A DNA stretch of 64,000 bases from an uncultured Candidatus Actinomarina sp. (GTDB lineage: Bacteria > Actinomycetota > Acidimicrobiia > Actinomarinales > Actinomarinaceae): the NCBI GenBank assembly GCA_902609285.1, contig CACLRL010000003.1, positions 7,815 through 71,814 of the forward strand, written 5' to 3'. A program made the position numbers and the translations under genes. The notes under the pieces are model-generated. The model ran no database searches. It had not been told where the DNA came from and saw only the letters and a list, made by a program, of their open reading frames with translations. Of the stretch, positions 9,138 to 18,843 are shown in pieces. Numbering within the stretch: position 1 is the stretch's first letter; every line of letters begins with the position of its first letter.

Positions 9138-9946
9138 TGACGCCCGCGTATGTAATCATTAGCCGTCATTTTATTTTTCCCTTCAGGTGTAATCTCATCT
9201 AAATATAAATTTCCATCTTTTAATTCATATTTAAAATCCGAATTATCTTCAGTATATTTATGAATTTTAATTATTTTGGAATCATATTGAATATATGCAG
9301 GCCCTAGAATATCGAATGCTTTAATTTTATTTTTAGCTTCAAAAATTGTATCTTCTTTTGAAATCATGTAGTCAGTTTTTACAAATTTGCTGGTTACAGA
9401 AACATTGCCTTCCTGAATTTGCAATGGTGATTTAAAGTCAATAGATTTAAAACTCCTTATAAAATCTTCAAGCAATGCTTCATAAACATTTGATGAGTAA
9501 TTGTCGAGTACTTCCACATCATTTTGGTAAAGAATTGGTCCTTCATCAATTTCCTGAACAATTTTAATTATTGAATATCCAAATAATGTATTCCCCTTTA
9601 ATATTGCTGATTCTACCGGTGAAGGGCCACGAAGTTCTGGAAGCCTGCTTAAGTGTATATTAAAAATAGGTGCATTACCATTTATAAAGTCAGCTTTAAA
9701 AATTGCACCAAAACTTACACATACTCCATAATCCATATCTGAATATATTTCAGAATCGTCAAAGTACTTAAATATAATATTGTTATTTTGGCAAAAATTT
9801 TCTACAGGATTTGTTCTTATTTTATTTCCACGCCCACTTTTTTTTGGCTTTGTTGTTACCACTACTAATTCTTTTATTTCCTTTGAAAGAAAGTTCAAAT
9901 ATGGAACGCTTCTTTTATCACTCCCAAAAAAATATTTATATGTCAT
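9134..9946 (-). CDS. fmt: methionyl-tRNA formyltransferase (short, 270 aa)
   Basis: KRSVPYLNFL...VVTTKPKKSGRGNK...NIHLSRLPELRGPSPVESAIL matches the formyltransferase core. Confidence 0.8.
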   Translation of the reverse strand: MTYKYFFGSDKRSVPYLNFLSKEIKELVVVTTKPKKSGRGNKIRTNPVENFCQNNNIIFKYFDDSEIYSDMDYGVCVSFGAIFKADFINGNAPIFNIHLSRLPELRGPSPVESAILKGNTLFGYSIIKIVQEIDEGPILYQNDVEVLDNYSSNVYEALLEDFIRSFKSIDFKSPLQIQEGNVSVTSKFVKTDYMISKEDTIFEAKNKIKAFDILGPAYIQYDSKIIKIHKYTEDNSDFKYELKDGNLYLDEITPEGKNKMTANDYIRGRQ

Positions 9947-10430
9947 CGCCTGGAAAACCGTTTACTGTTATTTTTTTAATTGCCTCTTTTCTTTCTTTTC
10001 TAGTTAGAGATGAAAGTAATAACTTTCCTTTTAAATGATCAAATTCATGTTGTAATACTCTACCAGTTAGTTCATCACCTTCATAAGTTATAGGTTCACC
10101 TTTAAGATTCTGACAATATATTTTTGCGAATTCAGGTCGTTCGATTTCCCAATAATAACCAGGAAGAGATAAACATCCTTCTAAAAACACAGCACTTCCT
10201 TCTACTTCAATTTTAGTCGGATTTATTGCTGTTTTTGGACCATCACCAGCGTCGAATACAAATATATTTTTATTAATTCCAATTTGAGGTGCAGCTAAGC
10301 CAACTCCCGGTGCTTCATACATTATTTTTATCATTCTTTCGGATAGTTTTTCTAATTCATTATTAAATTCAGTTATTTCTGAAGACTTTGTTCTTAATGA
10401 TGGATGTCCAAATATTACTATTTCTTCCAT
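9936..10430 (-). CDS. def: peptide deformylase
   Basis: GVGLAAPQIG, EGCLSLPG and QHEFDHLKG are the three Def motifs. Confidence 0.95.
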   Translation of the reverse strand: MEEIVIFGHPSLRTKSSEITEFNNELEKLSERMIKIMYEAPGVGLAAPQIGINKNIFVFDAGDGPKTAINPTKIEVEGSAVFLEGCLSLPGYYWEIERPEFAKIYCQNLKGEPITYEGDELTGRVLQHEFDHLKGKLLLSSLTRKERKEAIKKITVNGFPGDDI

Positions 10431-11785
10431 TAAATTGAAGTCACTTTCCTTGGTTCATAAGTCTGAAGCTTTCTGAAGCTTGTAATAATTTCATTGTAAT
10501 TAATATTGTTTCTTAAATTAATGTTGATTTCATATTCAAAAACATCATCTTTAACTCTTGGACCTAATACTAAATTAGTGTTTTTAAGTGAGAGTTCTGT
10601 ATCAGAAAGTATTTTATAAACTTTATGATGTAAGTTTGGACCCCATTTTTTTCGTTCTTTTAATTCTTCTTTTGTTAACTTTGCTACATTCTCATATTCA
10701 AGGGCTTTATGTAGATCTATATTTTGTGTTGATAATATTATTAATTTTCTATTTTTAGTATTTACTTCATTTATTTTTTTTATTAAATAAATGAGCCTTT
10801 CAGAATTTAAATTATTTTTATATACAATTCTTGGGTTTATTAATACGCTTATGTCGTAATCTTCTTGATTATTTTTGATTATGTTAAAGTCATTTAAATA
10901 TTCTTCGGATGATTGATCATGAGCAAGTATATTTGTTGAAACCTTATATTTTGTTTTTAATAACTCGATACATTCAGTTATGCCATTTCCGTGATAAATA
11001 TCTACATTTGTAAGATCAGGTTTTTTATAATGAGTTGCTATATCAAAAATATTCAATGAAGGATATTCATTATAGAAATAATATCTACCACCAAAGTAAT
11101 GATGCTTGAGAGAAGCTAGCTCGATAATATTCATTGAGTTTAATTTTGGTAAATTAAATCCAATATCATTTGTATCAAAAAAGTGACAATTTGTGTTTTT
11201 TGATTGAAAAATTTTTGGGTAATTATTTGATAAGAGAATTGTATTTGTATATTTACTCTGACTTTGAATAACGTTCGATATTTCTTTCTTACCACCTGTT
11301 TTTTGATAAAAATCAATCTGAATGTTATTTTTGATCATATTCTCATACAGAGTTTTTGCTGATTTTAGAGATGGTGTAAATATTATATTTCGTTCTTTAT
11401 TTTCAAGATTTGAGTAGATGTCATTATTGTTAAAAATTAAGTTTTGTGATAAACCTAATCCACTATCTAATTTGTAATCAGTATCTTTATAAAGGTTAAA
11501 TAGCGTCATGCCTATGTTTAGATAATTTGCAGAGGCAACATGTTTTAAAAACAATAATTGTGAGCTGTTAAGTTGACCTGTTACTTTTTCAATAGGTTTA
11601 ATCAGTTTTATATTTGGTGATTCATTATGTGTGCTTATTACAACTGCATCTTTTATATTGTTTCTAAACGTAACTTTAATTATCGAACCTATTTTAATTT
11701 TCTGTCTTAAGCGTGTAGGAATTGAATATGTAAATTTACTAAATTTATATGTATTGTTCGACAAAATCTCAACATCTGCAAACAC
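10430..11785 (-). CDS. priA: PriA-like primosomal protein N-prime, apparently lacking helicase ATPase motifs
   Basis: The N-terminus (VEILSNNTYKFSKFTYSIPTRLRQKIKIGSIIKVTFRNNIKDAVVIS...LFLKHVASANYLNIGMTLFNL) resembles the PriA 3'-DNA-binding domain. Its position between coaBC and def-fmt matches actinobacterial synteny. No GxxxxGK[ST], DExH or CxxC...CxxC motifs were seen in 451 aa. Confidence 0.55.
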   Translation of the reverse strand: MFADVEILSNNTYKFSKFTYSIPTRLRQKIKIGSIIKVTFRNNIKDAVVISTHNESPNIKLIKPIEKVTGQLNSSQLLFLKHVASANYLNIGMTLFNLYKDTDYKLDSGLGLSQNLIFNNNDIYSNLENKERNIIFTPSLKSAKTLYENMIKNNIQIDFYQKTGGKKEISNVIQSQSKYTNTILLSNNYPKIFQSKNTNCHFFDTNDIGFNLPKLNSMNIIELASLKHHYFGGRYYFYNEYPSLNIFDIATHYKKPDLTNVDIYHGNGITECIELLKTKYKVSTNILAHDQSSEEYLNDFNIIKNNQEDYDISVLINPRIVYKNNLNSERLIYLIKKINEVNTKNRKLIILSTQNIDLHKALEYENVAKLTKEELKERKKWGPNLHHKVYKILSDTELSLKNTNLVLGPRVKDDVFEYEININLRNNINYNEIITSFRKLQTYEPRKVTSI

Positions 11786-11786
11786 T

Positions 11787-12920
11787 TTAAATTATTGTAT
11801 TCTGAATTATCTTTTGAGCAATTAGATATTTATTTTCATTCCCGGATTCATAAATCATTTCAGATTTATTAATTATTGTTATTTTATTCATATCTGAACC
11901 AAAATAATTATCACTTAAATTATTTATAACAAGGTAATCAGAATCTTTATTTTTAATTTTTTCGAAGTTCAAATCATTGTTTGTTTGCGCAGAAAAACTT
12001 ATCACATTTACATCTCTGTTCTTTAATTTATATTCTTTTACTATATCAATATTGGGTGACAGATTAATAGACACGTTTCCTTTTGATCGATTAATTTTTC
12101 CCTTAGTTTTTTTAACAACAAAATCTGAAACAGCAGCAACCATAAAAAGGTGTTTTAAGTTATTTGTTTCGCTGTCCATTGCTTTTATTAAATCTTCGGA
12201 AGTTTCAAAAATAATATTTCTTACTCCTGCTACAGGTTCTATGTCTTTTGAATGAATGTATACAACTTCATAACCTTGACTCATTAGTTCTATAGCTATT
12301 GCTCTCCCCTGTTTTCCAGATGATTTATTTGTTATAACTCTTACATTATCTATATATTCTGAAGTTGGTCCTGATGTAACAATTACTTTATCTTTTTTTG
12401 TATATAAAATATCAAAAAGTTCATTTGGTTCAATTAATCTTCCTACACCTTGATCCCCTATGTCTAGATTTCCAAATCTTGGTCCACAAAATGTAACTTT
12501 GTCACTTAAATTTAAAATATTTTCTTGAATTTTTTCATCCATAAACATTTCTTCATGCATTGCAGGTGCAATATATATATTCTTGTCAAACATCAATAAT
12601 GTAGATAAAAGAAGATCATCAGCTAATCCATGAGCATACTTACTGATAAAATTCGCAGTTGCAGGGTAAATAATAACTTTGTCTGCCCATCTTGCATATT
12701 CTATATGTGGTGATCCTTCGAGTTGGTCCCATGATGAATATATCGTATTCTCATTTTGAAAATCTTGAGATACATATTTGAGACCTTCAATAGTTGAAAA
12801 AATTTCAACATTGTTTTGTTTATTTAGAAGCTGAAAAAGTACCTCAGACTTAGAAGAAGCGATACTACCAGTTATACCAAGTAGTATATTTTCGTTCATT
12901 GATTTATTCTTTTTCGCCAA
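11787..12920 (-). CDS. coaBC: bifunctional phosphopantothenoylcysteine decarboxylase / phosphopantothenate--cysteine ligase
   Basis: N-terminal flavoprotein (GITGSIAS...PAMHEEMF) and C-terminal CoaB (VTSGPTSEYID...KKTKGK). Confidence 0.85.
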   Translation of the reverse strand: MAKKNKSMNENILLGITGSIASSKSEVLFQLLNKQNNVEIFSTIEGLKYVSQDFQNENTIYSSWDQLEGSPHIEYARWADKVIIYPATANFISKYAHGLADDLLLSTLLMFDKNIYIAPAMHEEMFMDEKIQENILNLSDKVTFCGPRFGNLDIGDQGVGRLIEPNELFDILYTKKDKVIVTSGPTSEYIDNVRVITNKSSGKQGRAIAIELMSQGYEVVYIHSKDIEPVAGVRNIIFETSEDLIKAMDSETNNLKHLFMVAAVSDFVVKKTKGKINRSKGNVSINLSPNIDIVKEYKLKNRDVNVISFSAQTNNDLNFEKIKNKDSDYLVINNLSDNYFGSDMNKITIINKSEMIYESGNENKYLIAQKIIQNTII

Positions 12921-13131
12921 CCTCTACTTTTCCAGATGCAATTTCTTCAAATGCAACGGTAAGTGGTTTTCGACTTAAACTTTGTACTTGTGGAGGTGTA
13001 TAAGCGCCTATACCTTCACCAAGTTGATTAAAATATGAGTTTATGTCTTTAGCACGTCTTGCTGAAGTAATGACTAAAGCAAATCTTCCAGGTGAGTTCT
13101 TTAATAATTCTTCAATAGGTGGTTTTATCAT
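12904..13131 (-). CDS. rpoZ: DNA-directed RNA polymerase subunit omega
   Basis: A 75-aa protein with KNSPGRFALVITSARRAKDIN, typical of omega. It lies between gmk and coaBC. Confidence 0.85.
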   Translation of the reverse strand: MIKPPIEELLKNSPGRFALVITSARRAKDINSYFNQLGEGIGAYTPPQVQSLSRKPLTVAFEEIASGKVEVGEKE

Positions 13132-13658
13132 TTTTTCTCCAGGTCATATAATATATCTAATATTTCTTTAAGAGTAGTGTTTAAATCTATATTTTTAAGT
13201 ACATAATCAAACTTAGGCATTGATTTTCTTTGTTCTGAAGCTAATTTCATTCTTTCCTCAATGAATTGATGATCATGACCTCTTTCTGTAAGTCGATTAA
13301 TCAGAATTTCGTCATCAATATCAACAAATATACCTACAAACTCTGAATTACTAGATAAAAGTTTGGTTGCCCCATTAACTTCTAAATCTAATATCGTGAA
13401 ATCACTTTTTATAATTTCATTTTTGGAAGTACCGTAAAAAAAGCTTCCATATCTTTCATATTCTATAAATTCTTCATTGGAAACCATCTCTTTAAAAGTG
13501 TCCTCAGAAATAAAGTAATAATCTTCTTTATCTTTTTCATCATCTCTCATAGGACGGGTTGTGTGAGATATTGAAAAATAAAAATCAATTTTAGATCTAA
13601 GTAAGTTAATGATTGTTGACTTACCAACTCCCGATGGACCACTAAATATAACTATCAT
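13128..13658 (-). CDS. gmk: guanylate kinase
   Basis: P-loop GPSGVGKST and ...TTRPMR... are characteristic. Confidence 0.9.
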   Translation of the reverse strand: MIVIFSGPSGVGKSTIINLLRSKIDFYFSISHTTRPMRDDEKDKEDYYFISEDTFKEMVSNEEFIEYERYGSFFYGTSKNEIIKSDFTILDLEVNGATKLLSSNSEFVGIFVDIDDEILINRLTERGHDHQFIEERMKLASEQRKSMPKFDYVLKNIDLNTTLKEILDILYDLEKK

Positions 13659-13936
13659 TGTTCAATTACGTATTTTACTAATTTTTTTATATCAGCTTCT
13701 TTTAAATTTTTAAATTTTGTTTTTTCATCTAGACCTATCTCATCAAGGTATTTAGCTGTTTTAACTTTACCTAATGTTCCACCAGTAGTTAAATATTTAT
13801 GCACCCTTATCGACGATAATTGGTTATCATTTTTGGCTTTGATTAACTCATCGTATATATTTTCTATGTTTTTCTCAAATTCATCTATAAACAATAATCT
13901 TTTTTTCTTAACTTTTAAAATGTACTCGTTATTCAT
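13655..13936 (-). CDS. mihF: integration host factor-like protein (actinobacterial mIHF)
   Basis: A 93-aa basic protein. Position upstream of gmk-rpoZ matches Mtb Rv1388-Rv1390. C-terminal LDEIGLDEKTKFKNLKEADIKKL. Confidence 0.6.
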   Translation of the reverse strand: MNNEYILKVKKKRLLFIDEFEKNIENIYDELIKAKNDNQLSSIRVHKYLTTGGTLGKVKTAKYLDEIGLDEKTKFKNLKEADIKKLVKYVIEQ

Positions 13937-14312
13937 TGTTAATATTTTCTGAAATTGTATTTAAAATACCATTTACAAATTTCGCAGATTGAGAAGATGA
14001 ATGTTTATCACATAGCTTTACCCATTCAGAAATTATTACTTTTTTTGGAGTTAAATCCATTATTAATTCTGAAATTCCTAGTGATAATATTATAATTTCT
14101 ACTTTACCTATTCTTTCATAAGACCAATTTTCTGAATATGTACGAATGGAATTTTCTATCCTTTCTTTATTATCTTGAGTGTTTTGGAGTAATTGTTGAG
14201 CTCTTAATCTCTGGTTATCACTTAGTTCGGTAAAATTCCTATCAATTTTTTCAATTTCATCGAGACTTGCAGCGAATACTTTTTCAAATGAATCAATTCT
14301 AAAATCGTTCAT
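13929..14312 (-). CDS. nusB: transcription antitermination factor NusB
   Basis: 127 aa, RLRAQQLLQ..., placed downstream of efp. Confidence 0.8.
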   Translation of the reverse strand: MNDFRIDSFEKVFAASLDEIEKIDRNFTELSDNQRLRAQQLLQNTQDNKERIENSIRTYSENWSYERIGKVEIIILSLGISELIMDLTPKKVIISEWVKLCDKHSSSQSAKFVNGILNTISENINNE

Positions 14313-14869
14313 GAAACTCTTGTCATGTATGATTTATCTTTAGTATCAATTTTTATAACGTCATTTTCAGCTATAAACATTGGTACTACAACTTCCAATC
14401 CAGTTTCACAAGTTACTGTTTTAGTAGATGAAGTAACTGTATCCCCCTTAACCGCAGGTTCTGCCTTTGTTACCATTAATTCTACACTGGGTGGAAGTAC
14501 AACATCTATAGGACTATTTTCATACATTTGTATAGTGACATCATTATTAGGAACTAGTAGTAATTCAATCTCTTTGATTTTTTCTTGATCTAAAGATATC
14601 TGCTCGTATGTTTCATTATTCATAAAAATAAAAGTCTCACCTTCGCTGTACAAGTACTGAAATTGTATTTTATTAATGAATGCTTGGTCAACATTTTCAT
14701 CAGCACGAAATGTTTTTTCAATGATTCCACCATCTTTCATATTTTTTAATTTTGTTTTAACAAATGCTTTACCTTTACCTGGCTTAACATGCGCGTATTC
14801 CATTATTTGATAGATGACATCATCAACAATTATCGACTGTCCTGGTCTAATATCGTTTGTAGATACCAT
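14309..14869 (-). CDS. efp: elongation factor P
   Basis: MVSTNDIRPGQSIIVDDVIYQIMEYAHVKPGKGKAFVKTKLKN is a typical EF-P. Confidence 0.95.
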   Translation of the reverse strand: MVSTNDIRPGQSIIVDDVIYQIMEYAHVKPGKGKAFVKTKLKNMKDGGIIEKTFRADENVDQAFINKIQFQYLYSEGETFIFMNNETYEQISLDQEKIKEIELLLVPNNDVTIQMYENSPIDVVLPPSVELMVTKAEPAVKGDTVTSSTKTVTCETGLEVVVPMFIAENDVIKIDTKDKSYMTRVS

Positions 14870-15942
14870 TATGGAATAACACCTTCTTCTTTAGCTTTGT
14901 TTTTCATATTAATAAAATCTGAATAATCATTAGTAAAGGACATCTTGCCGTTTTTGTCAGTTAAAAGATAATAAATAAAATCAGTTTCCGGAGTTTCAAG
15001 AACAGCCTTCATCGACCTTTCACCAAAACCAGAAATTGGTGTAGGCGGTAAACCTGTATATTTATATGAATTGTAAATTGAGTCAACTTGTAAATCAACG
15101 AGTAAAACTTGAGATTTTCTTTCTTGGAGTGCATAAAGAACCATTGCATCAATTTGAAGAAGCATATCATCATACAATCGATTTTTAATTACTGATGACA
15201 CTAAGGGTCTGTCTTCTTGAAGTTTTGATTCTGCTTCGACGAGGCTTGCAACAGTAAACAATTCATTCGCGCTTTTTAACCAGGAAGGTAACTGATATTC
15301 ACGTAATAGAGTATCAACGACTGACTCTAATTCATTAACTAGTATTTGGAGTATATCCTCACCTGAAGCATCTAATGCAATCTGATATGTATTCGGATAT
15401 AGCAATCCCTCCCAATGTTGCAAGTTTGTAAAATCACCAAGATATACATACTTGCTGTTCACATTTCCAGATATTAGTGAGTTAGCAAGTAAGTCACTGT
15501 CATATCCAGTTTGAGATGAAATTGATTCTAAAGTTTCAGATATCCATAAACCTTCTGGAATTGTGATTGTATATGTTTTTAAAGGAGGCCCCTTAAGCAA
15601 AATTGATGATATTTCTTCAAATTCTAGTTTATTTGATATTTCATATTCTCCAGCTCTTAATTTATCTGAGAGATTTTCATTTCTTAAATACAATTCAAAT
15701 GCAAGTGATGACGTAATTATCCCTTCTGATGATAATATTGATGCAATTTCAGCTGCTGATGATCCCTGAGGAATATTTACAATTGCAATAAATTCTACGA
15801 CCTGTTCATCACTTGTTACAATATTTGCAGTTCTATCAATAGAAGCTGCAATGTCAGACGCAAAAGAAACAGCAACTATTACAGCAATTATCGTAAAGAG
15901 TACAGATATCAACAATCTATTACGAAAGTAATAACTAATCAT
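14869..15942 (-). CDS. mltG: endolytic murein transglycosylase MltG (YceG-like)
   Basis: N-terminal TM segment, YceG-like body (...GLPPTPISGFGERSMKAVLETPETDFIYYL). Position next to ruvX-alaS. Confidence 0.75.
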   Translation of the reverse strand: MISYYFRNRLLISVLFTIIAVIVAVSFASDIAASIDRTANIVTSDEQVVEFIAIVNIPQGSSAAEIASILSSEGIITSSLAFELYLRNENLSDKLRAGEYEISNKLEFEEISSILLKGPPLKTYTITIPEGLWISETLESISSQTGYDSDLLANSLISGNVNSKYVYLGDFTNLQHWEGLLYPNTYQIALDASGEDILQILVNELESVVDTLLREYQLPSWLKSANELFTVASLVEAESKLQEDRPLVSSVIKNRLYDDMLLQIDAMVLYALQERKSQVLLVDLQVDSIYNSYKYTGLPPTPISGFGERSMKAVLETPETDFIYYLLTDKNGKMSFTNDYSDFINMKNKAKEEGVIP

Positions 15943-16312
15943 TTATCAAATAAGAATTGAGTATTTCAACAGCTGCTAGATCGTCAGTTCTTTCAGTATT
16001 ATCGTTTATTAATTTTGATGTCATTCTTTCATCAACTGTTATAACTGGCAGTTCACAAATTTTGTTTAAATCATTTGAGATAAACTTATCTACAACTTTT
16101 GTCATCCTAGTTTCATGATTATTTAAACCTATTGGATATCCAATTACAATTTCTTCAATTTCGTTATCATCTAATACTTTCTTAATTTCAACCAAAATAT
16201 CTGCTTCTTTACTGTCTAATATCTTTAATGGATATGGAGTGTTCAGTGATTTTTTTTTAATTGCTAAACCTATAAAGCGCTCTCCATAATCAATACCAAT
16301 TATATTTTTCAC
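15935..16312 (-). CDS. ruvX: putative pre-16S rRNA nuclease / Holliday junction resolvase-like YqgF
   Basis: IIGIDYGERFIGLAI...DERMTS... is an RNase H-like YqgF, directly downstream of alaS. Confidence 0.8.
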   Translation of the reverse strand: MKNIIGIDYGERFIGLAIKKKSLNTPYPLKILDSKEADILVEIKKVLDDNEIEEIVIGYPIGLNNHETRMTKVVDKFISNDLNKICELPVITVDERMTSKLINDNTERTDDLAAVEILNSYLIND

Positions 16313-18843
16313 TTGAGTATTTTATTTAGATTCTCGTTAACGAACATCAAAGTTTTATCTATTGAATAATCTTTTGGTCCACCTCCAATAGATAGAGTTT
16401 CATCTTTTGATGCACCACCTCCGTAATTTTGGGAAGTTTCAATAACTAAATTAGAAACGTTAAAATCTTTAATTGTCTTTTCATTTTTCATCGAAACAAT
16501 TACATATTTGCTATCAATTTTTGCAATCAAGTAAACATAATCAGCTACTTCATTATTGATAGCTGTAACAGCAATATTTCTTAAACTATCAACGCTATCA
16601 GTTTCAATAGAGCCAACATATGTTTTTAACTTGTTTATTACGTTTAAATTATTTGATATGTTATTTACAATCTGATTATTTTCAATTTGCTTATATTTGT
16701 CTATTTTTGATTTTAACTCTTCATACGTATTTAAAAAGGTCTCTAATTTTGATGGCACATTGTCAATGTTAGTTTTAAGAATGCTACTTACATTTTTATA
16801 GGAATTGTAAGCATTAGTCATAAAATCATAAGCTTCATAACCAGATAACATCTCTACTCTTCTTAAATTAGAACCTATTGACGATTCATTCAATAATACA
16901 ATTAATCCAATTTCATTGGAATTCCCCACATGAGTTCCGCCACATAATTCTTTAGAAAATTCCCCTATGTTGACTACTCTTACATCGTCTTCATATTTAT
17001 CCCCAAAAAAAGCTAATGCACCTTCTTTTTTTGCATCATCAATATTCATTACTTTTGTAGAAACATCTAAATCCTGAAATACATTTTTGTTACTTAATGT
17101 GAATATTTCAGATAATTGTTCTGATGACACTTTCTCAGAATGGCTAAAGTCGAATCTAAATTTACCTGGTGCAACATAAGAACCCGCTTGTGCGACATGA
17201 TCTCCAAGAATTTCTCTGAGAGATGAATGAACAATATGTGCTGATGTATGACTTTTTGAAACGGACCTTCTAAAGGAATCGTCCACTACTGATTCAATCT
17301 TTTCACCTTTAGAAATGGTTAAACTTTGATTGATTTTTATCCCAATAGCCCCAGAACTTGTTTGGATTACCTCATCTACTTGGTATTCATTATCTTCATA
17401 AATAATTTTGCCTTGATCTGATATCTGACCTCCAGCTTCGAAATAGAATGGATTTTTCTCCATAAAAATAGTTGTAGACAATTCATCTACACTTACCATC
17501 AATACATCACTAAGAGTTGATGTTTCTTCATATCCTGTAAAAATATTGCAATCAACTTCAATATTTGAATTTTCAGTCGATTCTTTTTTAAACATACTTG
17601 ATTTAGCCTGATGTTCTTCAAATTTTTTCATATATTTACTATCTTTAAGTGTAATGCCATTCTCAAATGCTATTTCTTTTGTTAATTCATATGGAAATCC
17701 AAATGTTTCAAATAAGAAAAAAGCTTTCTCTTCATTGAATGATTTTTTATCTTTAATTAACTTTTGAATTTCGATTGTTCCTTTTTCTAATGTTTTATGG
17801 AATAATTTTTCCTCAGTTAAATAAAGTTTTAATATCTTGTCTTTATTCTTCAATAATTCTGGATAGTGATCAGCATAAACATCAATTATGGGATTTATTA
17901 AAAACTCTAAGCTTTCAATGTTGGTTGTTAAGCCATAAAAAGCTCTAATTGCCCTCCTAATTAAGCGACGTAAAATATAACCTCTTCCTTCATTTGTAGG
18001 TACGACTCCATCAGATAACATAAATGTAGAAGCTTTCATATGGTCTAATACAATTCTTTCAAATTTAGTATTTTCATTTTTAATTTTCGGTTTCAAAAGG
18101 TTATATATTGGTAAAAATGTATCAATTTCGAAAGGTGAGCTCTTATCTTGTAGAACCATAGCAATTCTTTCAAGACCCATCCCTGTATCAATATTTTTTG
18201 CTGGAAGTTCGCCGATTACATTATATGGTTCATCCTGTATAGACTCCATAAAGACTAAATTCCAAATTTCTATAAATCTATCTTCTCCACCACCAATAGG
18301 TCCACCATCATCACCATATTCTTCACCTCTATCTATAAATATTTCAGAACAGGGACCACAAGGACCAGGTATATTCATCTGCCAGAAATTATCTTTATCA
18401 CCTCTTTGGATTTTTTCCTCAGGAACACCTATAACGTCCTTCCAAATATTAAATGACTCATCATCATCTTTATATACCGTATACCACAAATCCTCAGAAT
18501 TGATTTTCAAATCTTCTGTTATAAATTTATATGCATGTTTAATTGCATCTTCTTTAAAATATTCACCAATACTAAAGTTTCCTAACATTTCGAAAAAAGT
18601 TAAATGTCTATCTGTATCTCCAATTATGTCAATATCAACAGTTCTTATGCATTTTTGGGAAGAAACTAAATTATTTCTTGGGGGTTTTGCATTACCAAGA
18701 AAATAATCTTTAAACGGTACCATACCAGCAGCTGTGAACAATAACGTATCATCAATTGGAATTAGTGATGCAGACGGCATGATTTTATGATCTGAATTTT
18801 TAAAATATTCTAAAAAAGCATTTCTTATTTCATTACTCTTCAT
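16309..18843 (-). CDS. alaS: alanine--tRNA ligase
   Basis: 844 aa. Class II core (FTAAGMVPFKDYF), editing domain HxxxH (HTSAHIVHSSL) and a C-terminal DHHA1-like region. Confidence 0.95.
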   Translation of the reverse strand: MKSNEIRNAFLEYFKNSDHKIMPSASLIPIDDTLLFTAAGMVPFKDYFLGNAKPPRNNLVSSQKCIRTVDIDIIGDTDRHLTFFEMLGNFSIGEYFKEDAIKHAYKFITEDLKINSEDLWYTVYKDDDESFNIWKDVIGVPEEKIQRGDKDNFWQMNIPGPCGPCSEIFIDRGEEYGDDGGPIGGGEDRFIEIWNLVFMESIQDEPYNVIGELPAKNIDTGMGLERIAMVLQDKSSPFEIDTFLPIYNLLKPKIKNENTKFERIVLDHMKASTFMLSDGVVPTNEGRGYILRRLIRRAIRAFYGLTTNIESLEFLINPIIDVYADHYPELLKNKDKILKLYLTEEKLFHKTLEKGTIEIQKLIKDKKSFNEEKAFFLFETFGFPYELTKEIAFENGITLKDSKYMKKFEEHQAKSSMFKKESTENSNIEVDCNIFTGYEETSTLSDVLMVSVDELSTTIFMEKNPFYFEAGGQISDQGKIIYEDNEYQVDEVIQTSSGAIGIKINQSLTISKGEKIESVVDDSFRRSVSKSHTSAHIVHSSLREILGDHVAQAGSYVAPGKFRFDFSHSEKVSSEQLSEIFTLSNKNVFQDLDVSTKVMNIDDAKKEGALAFFGDKYEDDVRVVNIGEFSKELCGGTHVGNSNEIGLIVLLNESSIGSNLRRVEMLSGYEAYDFMTNAYNSYKNVSSILKTNIDNVPSKLETFLNTYEELKSKIDKYKQIENNQIVNNISNNLNVINKLKTYVGSIETDSVDSLRNIAVTAINNEVADYVYLIAKIDSKYVIVSMKNEKTIKDFNVSNLVIETSQNYGGGASKDETLSIGGGPKDYSIDKTLMFVNENLNKILK

